In this document: positions 29,801 to 44,542 of the stretch, piece by piece | Position numbering within the stretch: the stretch's first letter is position 1 | Layout: every line of letters starts with the position of its first letter | NCBI GenBank assembly: GCA_964016885.1 | Contig: OZ024761.1 | Span: 27,466,001-27,530,000, forward strand | DNA: 64,000 bases | DNA from: Eledone cirrhosa | Taxonomy: Eukaryota | Reading direction: 5' to 3' | Translations under genes and position numbers: made by a program | Notes under the pieces: model-generated | The model's input: the letters and a program-made list of their open reading frames with translations, nothing else | Told to the model about the DNA's origin: nothing | Databases searched by the model: none

Positions 29801-32800
29801 AGCCATCCTTATGACTGTATCTACATCTCTGCTGACTGTCATGTCAGCCATCCTTATGATTGTATCTACATCTCTGCTGACTGTCATGTCAACCATCCTT
29901 ATGACTGTATCTACATCTCTGCTGACTGTCATGTCAGCCATCCTTATGATTGTATCTACATCTCTGCTGACTGTCATGTCAGCCATCCTTATGACTGTAT
30001 CTACATCTCTGCTGACTGTCGTGTCAGCCATCCTTATGACTGTATCTACATCTCTGCTGACTGTCATGTCAGCCATCCTTATGACTGTATCTACATCTCT
30101 GCTGACTGTCGTGTCAGCCATCCTTATGATTGTATCTACATCTCTGCTGACTGTCATGTCAACCATCCTTATGACTGTATCTACATCTCTGCTGACTGTC
30201 ATGTCAGCCATCCTTATGATTGTATCTACATCTCTGCTGACTGTCGTGTCAGCCATCCTTATGACTGTATCTACATCTCTGCTGACTGTCGTGTCAGCCA
30301 TCCTTATGACTGTATCTACATCTCTGCTGACTGTCGTGTCAGCCATCCTTATGACTGTATCTACATCTCTGCTGACTGTCATGTCAGCCATCCTTATGAC
30401 TGTATCTACATCTCTGCTGACTGTCGTGTCAGCCATCCTTATGACTGTATCTACATCTCTGCTGACTGTCGTGTCAGCCATCCTTATGACTGTATCTACA
30501 TCTCTGCTGACTGTCATGTCAGCCATCCTTATGACTGTATCTACATCTCTGCTGACTGTCGTGTCAGCCATCCTTATGACTGTATCTACATCTCTGCTGA
30601 CTGTCGTGTCAGCCATCCTTATGACTGTATCTACATCTCTGCTGACTGTCATGTCAGCCATCCTTATGATTGTATCTACATCTCTGCTGACTGTCATGTC
30701 AGCCATCCTTATGACTGTATCTACATCTCTGCTGACTGTCGTGTCAGCCATCCTTATGACTGTATCTACATCTCTGCTGACTGTCATGTCAGCCATCCTT
30801 ATGACTGTATCTACATCTCTGCTGACTGTCGTGTCAGCCATCCTTATGATTGTATCTACATCTCTGCTGACTGTCATGTCAACCATCCTTATGACTGTAT
30901 CTACATCTCTGCTGACTGTCATGTCAGCCATCCTTATGACTGTATCTACATCTCTGCTGACTGTCGTGTCAACCATCCTTATGACTGTATCTACATCTCT
31001 GCTGACTGTCGTGTCAACCATCCTTATGACTGTATCTACATCTCTGCTGACTGTCATGTCAGCCATCCTTATGACTGTATCTACATCTCTGCTGACTGTC
31101 GTGTCAACCATCCTTATGACTGTATCTACATCTCTGCTGACTGTCATGTCAGCCATCCTTATGACTGTATCTACATCTCTGCTGACTGTCATGTCAGCCA
31201 TCCTTATGACTGTATCTACATCTCTGCTGACTGTCGTGTCAACCATCCTTATGACTGTATCTACATCTCTGCTGACTGTCATGTCAGCCATCCTTATGAC
31301 TGTATCTACATCTCTGCTGACTGTCGTGTCAGCCATCCTTATGACTGTATCTACATCTCTGCTGACTGTCATGTCAGCCATCCTTATGACTGTATCTACA
31401 TCTCTGCTGACTGTCGTGTCAGCCATCCTTATGATTGTATCTACATCTCTGCTGACTGTCATGTCAACCATCCTTATGACTGTATCTACATCTCTGCTGA
31501 CTGTCATGTCAGCCATCCTTATGACTGTATCTACATCTCTGCTGACTGTCGTGTCAGCCATCCTTATGACTGTATCTACATCTCTGCTGACTGTCATGTC
31601 AGCCATCCTTATGACTGTATCTACATCTCTGCTGACTGTCATGTCAGCCATCCTTATGACTGTATCTACATCTCTGCTGACTGTCATGTCAGCCATCCTT
31701 ATGACTGTATCTACATCTCTGCTGACTGTCGTGTCAGCCATCCTTATGACTGTATCTACATCTCTGCTGACTGTCATGTCAGCCATCCTTATGACTGTAT
31801 CTACATCTCTGCTGACTGTCATGTCAGCCATCCTTATGACTGTATCTACATCTCTGCTGACTGTCGTGTCAACCATCCTTATGACTGTATCTACATCTCT
31901 GCTGACTGTCATGTCAGCCATCCTTATGACTGTATCTACATCTCTGCTGACTGTCATGTCAGCCATCCTTATGACTGTATCTACATCTCTGCTGACTGTC
32001 GTGTCAACCATCCTTATGACTGTATCTACATCTCTGCTGACTGTCATGTCAGCCATCCTTATGACTGTATCTACATCTCTGCTGACTGTCGTGTCAGCCA
32101 TCCTTATGACTGTATCTACATCTCTGCTGACTGTCATGTCAGCCATCCTTATGACTGTATCTACATCTCTGCTGACTGTCATGTCAGCCATCCTTATGAC
32201 TGTATCTACATCTCTGCTGACTGTCATGTCAGCCATCCTTATGACTGTATCTACATCTCTGCTGACTGTCATGTCAGCCATCCTTATGACTGTATCTACA
32301 TCTCTGCTGACTGTCATGTCAGCCATCCTTATGACTGTATCTACATCTCTGCTGACTGTCGTGTCAACCATCCTTATGACTGTATCTACATCTCTGCTGA
32401 CTGTCATGTCAGCCATCCTTATGACTGTATCTACATCTCTGCTGACTGTCATGTCAGCCATCCTTATGACTGTATCTACATCTCTGCTGACTGTCGTGTC
32501 AACCATCCTTATGACTGTATCTACATCTCTGCTGACTGTCATGTCAGCCATCCTTATGACTGTATCTACATCTCTGCTGACTGTCGTGTCAGCCATCCTT
32601 ATGACTGTATCTACATCTCTGCTGACTGTCGTGTCAGCCATCCTTATGACTGTATCTACATCTCTGCTGACTGTCGTGTCAGCCATCCTTATGAATGTAT
32701 CTACATCTCTGCTGACTGTCATGTCAACCATCCTTATGACTGTATCTACATCTCTGCTGACTGTCATGTCAGCCATCCTTATGACTGTATCTACATCTCT

Positions 32801-35800
32801 GCTGACTGTCGTGTCAGCCATCCTTATGACTGTATCTACATCTCTGCTGACTGTCATGTCAGCCATCCTTATGACTGTATCTACATCTCTGCTGACTGTC
32901 ATGTCAGCCATCCTTATGACTGTATCTACATCTCTGCTGACTGTCATGTCAGCCATCCTTATGACTGTATCTACATCTCTGCTGACTGTCATGTCAGCCA
33001 TCCTTATGACTGTATCTACATCTCTGCTGACTGTCATGTCAGCCATCCTTATGACTGTATCTACATCTCTGCTGACTGTCATGTCAGCCATCCTTATGAC
33101 TGTATCTACATCTCTGCTGACTGTCATGTCAGCCATCCTTATGACTGTATCTACATCTCTGCTGACTGTCGAGTCAGCCATCCTTATGATTGTATCTACA
33201 TCTCTGCTGACTGTCGTGTCAGCCATCCTTATGACTGTATCTACATCTCTGCTGACTGTCGTGTCAGCCATCCTTATGATTGTATCTACATCTCTGCTGA
33301 CTGTCATGTCAACCATCCTTATGACTGTATCTACATCTCTGCTGACTGTCATGTCAGCCATCCTTATGATTGTATCTACATCTCTGCTGACTGTCATGTC
33401 AGCCATCCTTATGACTGTATCTACATCTCTGCTGACTGTCGTGTCAGCCATCCTTATGACTGTATCTACATCTCTGCTGACTGTCGTGTCAGCCATCCTT
33501 ATGACTGTATCTACATCTCTGCTGACTGTCGTGTCAGCCATCCTTATGACTGTATCTACATCTCTGCTGACTGTCATGTCAGCCATCCTTATGACTGTAT
33601 CTACATCTCTGCTGACTGTCGTGTCAGCCATCCTTATGATTGTATCTACATCTCTGCTGACTGTCGTGTCAGCCATCCTTATGATTGTATCTACATCTCT
33701 GCTGACTGTCATGTCAACCATCCTTATGACTGTATCTACATCTCTGCTGACTGTCATGTCAGCCATCCTTATGACTGTATCTACATCTCTGCTGACTGTC
33801 GTGTCAGCCATCCTTATGATTGTATCTACATCTCTGCTGACTGTCATGTCAACCATCCTTATGACTGTATCTACATCTCTGCTGACTGTCATGTCAGCCA
33901 TCCTTATGATTGTATCTACATCTCTGCTGACTGTCATGTCAGCCATCCTTATAACTGTATCTACATCTCTGCTGACTGTCATGTCAGCCATCCTTATGAC
34001 TGTATCTACATCTCTGCTGACTGTCGTGTCAGCCATCCTTATGACTGTATCTACATCTCTGCTGACTGTCGTGTCAACCATCCTTATGACTGTATCTACA
34101 TCTCTGCTGACTGTCATGTCAGCCATCCTTATGATTGTATCTACATCTCTGCTGACTGTCATGTCAGCCATCCTTATGATTGTATCTACATCTCTGCTGA
34201 CTGTCATGTCAACCATCCTTATGACTGTATCTACATCTCTGCTGACTGTCATGTCAGCCATCCTTATGACTGTATCTACATCTCTGCTGACTGTCGTGTC
34301 AGCCATCCTTATGATTGTATCTACATCTCTGCTGACTGTCGTGTCAGCCATCCTTATAACTGTATCTACATCTCTGCTGACTGTCATGTCAGCCATCCTT
34401 ATGATTGTATCTACATCTCTGCTGACTGTCATGTCAGCCATCCTTATGATTGTATCTACATCTCTGCTGACTGTCATGTCAACCATCCTTATGACTGTAT
34501 CTACATCTCTGCTGACTGTCATGTCAGCCATCCTTATGACTGTATCTACATCTCTGCTGACTGTCGTGTCAGCCATCCTTATGATTGTATCTACATCTCT
34601 GCTGACTGTCATGTCAGCCATCCTTATAACTGTATCTACATCTCTGCTGACTGTCATGTCAGCCATCCTTATGACTGTATCTACATCTCTGCTGACTGTC
34701 ATGTCAGCCATCCTTATGACTGTATCTACATCTCTGCTGACTGTCATGTCAGCCATCCTTATGACTGTATCTACATCTCTGCTGACTGTCGTGTCAGCCA
34801 TCCTTATGATTGTATCTACATCTCTGCTGACTGTCATGTCAGCCATCCTTATGACTGTATCTACATCTCTGCTGACTGTCATGTCAGCCATCCTTATGAC
34901 TGTATCTACATCTCTGCTGACTGTCATGTCAGCCATCCTTATGACTGTATCTACATCTCTGCTGACTGTCGTGTCAGCCATCCTTATGATTGTATCTACA
35001 TCTCTGCTGACTGTCGTGTCAGCCATCCTTATGACTGTATCTACATCTCTGCTGACTGTCGTGTCAGCCATCCTTATGACTGTATCTACATCTCTGCTGA
35101 CTGTCATGTCAGCCATCCTTATGACTGTCTCTACATCTCTGCTGACTGTCGTGTCAGCCATCCTTATAACTGTATCTACATCTCTGCTGACTGTCATGTC
35201 AGCCATCCTTATGACTGTATCTACATCTCTGCTGACTGTCGTGTCAGCCATCCTTATGATTGTATCTACATCTCTGCTGACTGTCATGTCAGCCATCCTT
35301 ATGACTGTATCTACATCTCTGCTGACTGTCATGTCAGCCATCCTTATGACTGTATCTACATCTCTGCTGACTGTCGTGTCAGCCATCCTTATGACTGTAT
35401 CTACATCTCTGCTGACTGTCGTGTCAGCCATCCTTATGATTGTATCTACATCTCTGCTGACTGTCATGTCAGCCATCCTTATGACTGTATCTACATCTCT
35501 GCTGACTGTCATGTCAGCCATCCTTATGACTGTATCTACATCTCTGCTGACTGTCGTGTCAGCCATCCTTATGACTGTATCTACATCTCTGCTGACTGTC
35601 GTGTCAGCCATCCTTATGATTGTATCTACATCTCTGCTGACTGTCATGTCAGCCATCCTTATGACTGTATCTACATCTCTGCTGACTGTCATGTCAGCCA
35701 TCCTTATGACTGTATCTACATCTCTGCTGACTGTCGTGTCAGCCATCCTTATGATTGTATCTACATCTCTGCTGACTGTCGTGTCAGCCATCCTTATGAC

Positions 35801-38800
35801 TGTATCTACATCTCTGCTGACTGTCATGTCAGCCATCCTTATGATTGTATCTACATCTCTGCTGACTGTCATGTCAGCCATCCTTATGACTGTATCTACA
35901 TCTCTGCTGACTGTCGTGTCAGCCATCCTTATGATTGTATCTACATCTCTGCTGACTGTCGTGTCAGCCATCCTTATGATTGTATCTACATCTCTGCTGT
36001 CTGTCATGTCAACCATCCTTATGACTGTATCTACATCTCTGCTGACTGTCGTGTCAGCCATCCTTATGATTGTATCTACATCTCTGCTGACTGTCGTGTC
36101 AACCATCCTTATGATTGTATCTACATCTCTGCTGACTGTCATGTCAACCATCCTTATGACTGTATCTACATCTCTGCTGACTGTCGTGTCAACCATCCTT
36201 ATGACTGTATCTACATCTCTGCTGACTGTCATGTCAGCCATCCTTATGATTGTATCTACATCTCTGCTGACTGTCATGTCAGCCATCCTTATGACTGTAT
36301 CTACATCTCTGCTGACTGTCGTGTCAGCCATCCTTATGACTGTATCTACATCTCTGCTGACTGTCGTGTCAGCCATCCTTATGACTGTATCTACATCTCT
36401 GCTGACTGTCATGTCAGCCATCCTTATGACTGTATCTACATCTCTGCTGACTGTCATGTCATCCATCCTTATAACTGTATCTACATCTCTGCTGACTGTC
36501 GTGTCAGCCATCCTTATGATTGTATCTACATCTCTGCTGACTGTCGTGTCAGCCATCCTTATGATTGTATCTACATCTCTGCTGACTGTCATGTCAACCA
36601 TCCTTATGATTGTATCTACATCTCTGCTGACTGTCGTGTCAGCCATCCTTATAACTGTATCTACATCTCTGCTGACTGTCGTGTCAGCCATCCTTATGAC
36701 TGTATCTACATCTCTGCTGACTGTCGTGTCAGCCATCCTTATGACTGTATCTACATCTCTGCTGACTGTCATGTCAGCCATCCTTATGACTGTATCTACA
36801 TCTCTGCTGACTGTCATGTCAGCCATCCTTATAACTGTATCTACATCTCTGCTGACTGTCGTGTCAGCCATCCTTATGATTGTATCTACATCTCTGCTGA
36901 CTGTCATGTCAGCCATCCTTATGATTGTATCTACATCTCTGCTGACTGTCGTGTCAGCCATCCTTATAACTGTATCTACATCTCTGTTGACTGTCGTGTC
37001 AGCCATCCTTATGATTGTATCTACATCTCTGCTGACTGTCATGTCAGCCATCCTTATGACTGTATCTACATCTCTGCTGACTGTCATGTCAGCCATCCTT
37101 ATGACTGTATCTACATCTCTGCTGACTGTCATGTCAGCCATCCTTATAACTGTATCTACATCTCTGCTGACTGTCGTGTCAGCCATCCTTATGATTGTAT
37201 CTACATCTCTGCTGACTGTCATGTCAGCCATCCTTATGACTGTATCTACATCTCTGCTGACTGTCGTGTCAGCCATCCTTATGATTGTATCTACATCTCT
37301 GCTGACTGTCATGTCAGCCATCCTTATGACTGTATCTACATCTCTGCTGACTGTCATGTCAACCATCCTTATGACTGTATCTACATCTCTGCTGACTGTC
37401 ATGTCAGCCATCCTTATGATTGTATCTACATCTCTGCTGACTGTCATGTCAGCCATCCTTATGACTGTATCTACATCTCTGCTGACTGTCGTGTCAGCCA
37501 TCCTTATGATTGTATCTACATCTCTGCTGACTGTCGTGTCAGCCATCCTTATGACTGTATCTACATCTCTGCTGACTGTCGTGTCAGCCATCCTTATGAC
37601 TGTATCTACATCTCTGCTGACTGTCGTGTCAGCCATCCTTATGATTGTATCTACATCTCTGCTGACTGTCATGTCAGCCATCCTTATGACTGTATCTACA
37701 TCTCTGCTGACTGTCATGTCAGCCATCCTTATGACTGTATCTACATCTCTGCTGACTGTCATGTCAGCCATCCTTATAACTGTATCTACATCTCTGCTGA
37801 CTGTCATGTCAACCATCCTTATGACTGTATCTACATCTCTGCTGACTGTCATGTCAGCCATCCTTATGATTGTATCTACATCTCTGCTGACTGTCATGTC
37901 AGCCATCCTTATGATTGTATCTACATCTCTGCTGACTGTCATGTCAGCCATCCTTATGACTGTATCTACATCTCTGCTGACTGTCGTGTCAGCCATCCTT
38001 ATGACTGTATCTACATCTCTGCTGACTGTCGTGTCAGCCATCCTTATGACTGTATCTACATCTCTGCTGACTGTCATGTCAGCCATCCTTATGATTGTAT
38101 CTACATCTCTGCTGACTGTCATGTCAGCCATCCTTATGATTGTATCTACATCTCTGCTGACTGTCGTGTCAGCCATCCTTATGATTGTATCTACATCTCT
38201 GCTGACTGTCGTGTCAGCCATCCTTATGATTGTATCTACATCTCTGCTGACTGTCATGTCAGCCATCCTTATGACTGTATCTACATCTCTGCTGACTGTC
38301 ATGTCAGCCATCCTTATGACTGTATCTACATCTCTGCTGACTGTCGTGTCAGCCATCCTTATGACTGTATCTACATCTCTGCTGACTGTCATGTCAGCCA
38401 TCCTTATGATTGTATCTACATCTCTGCTGACTGTCATGTCAGCCATACTTATGATTGTATCTACATCTCTGCTGACTGTCGTGTCAGCCATCCTTATGAT
38501 TGTATCTACATCTCTGCTGACTGTCGTGTCAGCCATCCTTATGATTGTATCTACATCTCTGCTGACTGTCATGTCAGCCATCCTTATGACTGTATCTACA
38601 TCTCTGCTGACTGTCGTGTCAGCCATCCTTATGACTGTATCTACATCTCTGCTGACTGTCGTGTCAGCCATCCTTATGACTGTATCTACATCTCTGCTGA
38701 CTGTCATGTCAGCCATCCTTATAACTGTATCTACATCTCTGCTGACTGTCATGTCAGCCATCCTTATAACTGTATCTACATCTCTGCTGACTGTCATGTC

Positions 38801-39138
38801 AGCCATCCTTATAACTGTCTCTACATCTCTGCTGACTGTCGTGTCAGCCATCCTTATGACTGTCTCTACATCTCTGCTGACTGTCGTGTCAGCCATCCTT
38901 ATGACTGTATCTACATCTCTGCTGACTGTCATGTCAGCCATCCTTATAACTGTATCTACATCTCTGCTGACTGTCATGTCAGCCATCCTTATAACTGTCT
39001 CTACATCTCTGCTGACTGTCATGTCAGCCATCCTTATGACTGTCTCTACATCTCTGCTGACTGTCGTGTCACCCAAAGCTCTTTATCCATCTTCAACGTC
39101 GCTGAGCTCTCTTACACTATCAACTCCGCCATTTTCCA
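26890..39138 (+). other. Candidate giant symmetric (phase 2-2) exon encoding (C[H/R]VSHPYDCIYISAD)n
   Basis: Acceptor CTTCCCTTTTCTCAG| at 26889 and donor CA|GTAAGC at 39139. Length 12249 is divisible by 3 and the frame is open throughout. No partner exon found. Confidence 0.2.
26935..39072. repeat. 45-bp tandem array, ~270 copies (~12.1 kb)
   Basis: Unit CTGTC(A/G)TGTCA(G/A)CCATCCTTAT(G/A)A(C/T)TGTATCTACATCTCTGCTGA. No indels seen, and three frames stay open. Confidence 0.98.
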
Positions 39139-39198
39139 GTAAGCTATCAATTCCTTCTACTCCCCATTTGTGTATTCTTCTGGTGGTTAGTTCGGTTC
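39083..39198 (-). CDS. Candidate (terminal) exon of an unidentified minus-strand gene
   Basis: Acceptor GATCTTGTTTTGTAG|. Phase-1 reading is (G)TELTTRRIHKWGVEGIDSLLENGGVDSVRELSDVEDG*, phase-0 reading is EPN*. Both are compatible with the exon at 58642-58719. Confidence 0.45.
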
Positions 39199-39261
39199 CT
39201 ACAAAACAAGATCACTGTATAAAAGGGTTCTACACCTTTTTACGTTGTTTGCGTTTGTTTA

Positions 39262-40300
39262 GTGTTACTGTTGTTGTTGTTGTTGTACCGGATGTTGTTG
39301 TGGATGTTTTTGTTGTTGTTGTTGATATTTTTGTTGTTGTTGTTGTGGGTGTTTTTGTTGTTCTTGGTGGTGTTAGTGTGGTTGTCGTTGTTGTTCCGGA
39401 TGTTGTTGTTGTGGATGTTTTTTTTGTTGTTGTTGTTGTGGGTGTTTTTGTTGTTCTTGGTGGTGTTAGTGTGGTTGTTGTTGTTGTTCCGGATGTTGTT
39501 GTTGTTCCGGATGTTGTTGTTGTGGATGTTTTTGTTGTTCTTGGTGGTGTTAGTGTGGTTGTTGTTGTTGTTCCGGATATTGTTGTTGTGGATGTTTTTG
39601 TTGTTGTTGTTGTTGTTGTTGTTGTGTGTTTTTGTTGTTCTTGGTGGTGTTAGTGTGGTTGTCGTCGTTCCGGATGTTGTTTTTGCTTGCTCTGTGGTTG
39701 TTACTGCTGTTGTCAACGTTCTTATTGGTGTTGTTGTTGTGGTTGTTATTGTTCTTGCTGTAATTGTTGGTGTTGTTGTTGTTATTTTTGGTTGTGGTAT
39801 GGTTGTTGTTGCCGGTGTTATCGTCGTTCATATTGATGTTATTCATGTTGAATCTGTCATTAATGCTGCTGTTGGTGATGCCCTTGTCAAAGTTGTTGTT
39901 TTTGCTTGGTATGTGGTTGTTGTAGCTGTTGTTATTATTGTTCTTGCTGTTGTTGTTGGTGTTTTCATAGTTGTTGTTGTTTTTGCTTGTGGTGTGGTTG
40001 TTTTATTTGTTGTTGTTGTTGTTGGTGGTGTTTTCATAGTTGTTGTTGTTTTTGCTTGTGGTGTGGTTGTTTTATTTGTTGTTGGTGGTGTTTTCATAGT
40101 TGTTGTTGTTTTTGCTTGTGGTGTGGTTGTTTTATTTGTTGTTGTTGTTGTTGGTGGTGTTTTCATAGTTGTTGTTGTTTTTGCTTGTGGTGTGGTTGTT
40201 TTATTTGTTGTTGTTGTTGTTGGTGGTGTTTTCATAGTTGTTGTTGTTTTTGCTTGTGGTGGGGTTGTTTTATTTGTTGTTGTTGTTGTTGTTGTTGTTA
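39262..40300. repeat. (GTT)n-based compound minisatellites
   Basis: Direct reading. Two higher-order unit types. Confidence 0.9.
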
Positions 40301-40800
40301 TTTATTAGCCCCCAAGTCCAATTATCCCCACGCTGAGATTTGATCAAATGCAGTAAATCCAGTCGTAGGTATTCCGATTCTTTCTTTCAGGTTATGTAGC
40401 ACTCTTTACCTATAAGGATAATTTACTCTTCCTCTCCCTTCCCTTCCCTTATTTAATATAGTGGAAATGTGTGATTGGAGTAAGATTGAGCTGCTATTTC
40501 TAGCCTGTCGAATGAGCAGACAGACGCACGCTCGTTATGATTTTTATCTGAAGCGAAAATGAAAGAAAGTGAAATCTGCAATGGGGAGATTATAGCTTTC
40601 AGTTGATGGTCTGTGGAGAATTCCGGGGAGATGTCTCTCTCCAAGTAAACTATAAAAGATAGAACAGACACCAACAAATAAATATATTACGTCTACACAC
40701 ACACACACACACACACATACATATATATATATATTGCTTCAGATACACATACATAGATGCAAGGCATGCATATGTACACGAATCTATATATTTACCTACC

Positions 40801-40883
<83 letters not shown>

Positions 40884-41461
40884 GTATATATATATATGTG
40901 TATATATATTATATATACATCCAAACATACGTACTTAAGTACATATCTACCTATCTATATACATATACATCCATATACACGTACATAGATAATACATACA
41001 TACATAATACATACGTACTTACATACATACGTACATACGTACATACGTACATACATACGTACATACATAATATATACAAATTAAATACATACATACATAC
41101 GTACGTAAATACATTCTGACAAATCGTTTTAGCCGACCCATCTATCTGTCTATTCATTCGTTCTTTTCTATAGTCAAATGTGTATCCATAGATTTGCCCG
41201 TTTAAATATGAATGCTTCCAGAAATCACTATATACATATGTACACGTACACACACAGACACACACAGATACACACACACATATATATATTTGTGTGTGTG
41301 TATATAAAGTTATAAATATAGATGTACATATATATATATGAGTGTGTATACATTTATACAGAGCCTTCTATATAACCATGACTGTTAAACGCCTCATCAT
41401 ATTCAACTTAATATTTTTACAGCAGTCATTTACCTCAGATTGGACGCACATTACCTACTCC

Positions 41462-41526
<65 letters not shown>

Positions 41527-41615
41527 ATGTGTAGATATATATACATACTTATATATATATATATATATATATATATACTAATATACTTACATATATATAT
41601 ATACTTCTATACATA

Positions 41616-41650
<35 letters not shown>

Positions 41651-41719
41651 TTATATATATATACATATATATATACATACATATATATATACATATATAT
41701 ATATATATTTAACTACACA

Positions 41720-41828
<109 letters not shown>

Positions 41829-42212
41829 CCATATAAATAACAGCTTTTTCGCAGATACACATCGCACCTGATCATCTGCAACGCTCTCGCTGTTTCTATG
41901 TCATTTAACTAAACTGTCTGGTTTGCTTACATCCTATATTTTTGCAAATATAGGATGAGGTGACACAAAAGAGGAAAAAATATTAACAAGTAATAAAATA
42001 TATACCCGAAAATATTTAAAATCTAACAGGAAAAACAGAGATAAAAATGTAATATAAAATGGCGCCTAAATCCTGACATTCAGACGAGAGGTTTTAAAAA
42101 CTCCATTTTGGTTGTTTTGTGTCAGTGTTTTAAATGCTCTTTCTTTTGAACGTGTTTGCATATATGTACGTGTGTGCTTACACACGTGTAAGTGTGTTTG
42201 TTTGTTAGTGTG

Positions 42213-42260
<48 letters not shown>

Positions 42261-42412
42261 GTGTCTTGCATGTGTTTATGTTGTGTGTTTATGTTTATAT
42301 GTGTGTGTTGAATATATATACATATATCCATGTACACGTGTGTGTAAGGTTTGTGTATATATATATATATATATATCCATACACCCATATACACGTGTGT
42401 GAGTGTGTTTTG

Positions 42413-42512
<100 letters not shown>

Positions 42513-42577
42513 ATTATATATATATATTATATATATATAGATATATATTATATATATATTATATATATATATATATG

Positions 42578-42640
<63 letters not shown>

Positions 42641-42773
42641 ATACGTAAGTCAGTGTATGTATGTGTGTGGATGGTATATTTGCTTATGCGTGCGATTTAA
42701 TGTCTGTTTTCCTCTTATGCTCACTCTGTTTTGATTCTGTCATTACTTCCTTTATGTTACTAAATTTATCATA

Positions 42774-42857
<84 letters not shown>

Positions 42858-43103
42858 TATATATCATTCAAATGAAAAGCTCGAATGCATTTAGTACAAA
42901 CATATAAATATATATACATTATCACCATCATCCAATGCGCTGACGTACAAAATATACATATCGTCCTTATCAACTACTAACCATAGTACTTAATAAAAGA
43001 GTTTTATTCGTTAAGCTATTAGTACAGCCTTTTCTCTCTTCCACTCTCTATCTCTGTGTCTGTTTGTGTCTCTCTCAACTCTCTCCCCAGACCTCTTATA
43101 CGA

Positions 43104-43197
<94 letters not shown>

Positions 43198-43213
43198 ATA
43201 TATATATATATAT

Positions 43214-43246
<33 letters not shown>

Positions 43247-43251
43247 CACAG

Positions 43252-43294
<43 letters not shown>

Positions 43295-43466
43295 ACTATG
43301 TATATATAAAATTATATATATATATTTAGGGATTTTAACTTCTAGTTACTGTAGGTTCACCAGAGTGAGCACTCGATGCGTAGTTTCCTGTAGGTATAGA
43401 GGTGTAATAGTAGTAATAATAATAATAATAATAATAATGATTTCTTTATTTATTTTTTTTTTTTTA

Positions 43467-43555
43467 ATAATTGTTTCTACTTTTGGCACAAGGTCAGCAA
43501 TTAACCAGTGCATTACTGGTACTTTATTTTATCGACCCCGTAAGGATGAAAGGCA
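43467..43555 (-). mobile_element. SINE 3' fragment
   Basis: Matches the 3' half of the 15833 SINE. Confidence 0.75.
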
Positions 43556-43586
<31 letters not shown>

Positions 43587-43729
43587 AAAGGGCGATTTGT
43601 TTCGCTAATGATCAGCTCAAGGTTCGATTTGTATCGATCTGGTCCAACTCAGGAATCAAAAGCCCGTCGGAGTTCTGTTATGGTAATGACAGAATGAACC
43701 TCTTAGGGCTTTGTGAATAGTATATAACG

Positions 43730-43796
<67 letters not shown>

Positions 43797-44349
43797 CAGT
43801 GTACCCCCGGTATTCATGGTCCCGGTTATTCGCGGAATTTTCCGTAAGACCTAACTAATAATCGTTCGTGGAAAGCACCGCATATTCGCAGAATTGTAAA
43901 TATCTTAAATGGTTTTTTCGTGTCAATATATATCTTTTTAACGCTAAATTATTAATAACAATATACCATATTTGCCGGCCTATTGGACGCCCCTTCGCAT
44001 AGGTCTAGTTTCGCTTGACGATACAGCCGGATCAATGGGAGACGGTTGCTCCTAAGAGGACAATCTGGAAGGAGTTAGCCAAGAAAAGATGTAGAAGAAG
44101 AAAACACTTTTTTCTGAAGCTGCAGCATTTCCTTTCGCCTGAAACATTTGTAGCAACGTAATATTTTCATCGAGAATATTCAGTATTTCCCGGAGTCGAA
44201 GACGCTACTTTCCCCCTAAAATAAGTCTCACATATCTACCATGCGTCCTGGAGGCCGAAGGTTGTTTATTATTTTTATTTCAAATTTTTGGTTGTCAATA
44301 TTAGGGTGCATCCTCGAGGTCGAAGCGTCTTCCGCGCCGGGAAATACGG
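43797..44349. mobile_element. Cluster of pogo/Tigger-like MITE remnants
   Basis: TA-CAGTGTACCCCCGGTATTC terminus at 43797. TIR pair CAGTATTTCCCGG..GAAGACGC (44181) / GCGTCTTC..CCGGGAAATACGG-TA (44349). Related terminus at ~43965. Confidence 0.55.
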
Positions 44350-44542
44350 TAAATAATTTTCTCTTTACCTTACCAGAAGACATAAAAAAAAAAGATTTTC
44401 GATAAAATACCGATGAAGCAGTATTGTAAGGAGGAGGAGAAGAAGGAAAACAAGAAGAAGTAGAGGAAGAATGGGGAGGTGGAGGAGAAAGAAAAGAAGG
44501 AGAAGAAGGAAAAGAAGAATAAGAAGATGAAGAACTATATCC

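Noticed and set aside
26935-39072. CRISPR-like or ribozyme (retrozyme) array
   Set aside because: Units are contiguous with no unique spacers, no cas genes are present, and the unit has no CUGANGA or GAAA core on either strand.
26934-39653. 4239-aa (TVSTSLLTVMSAILM)n ORF as a membrane protein
   Set aside because: Runs on into (GTT)n microsatellite, lacks splice or start context, and is an expected by-product of a stop-free 45-mer.
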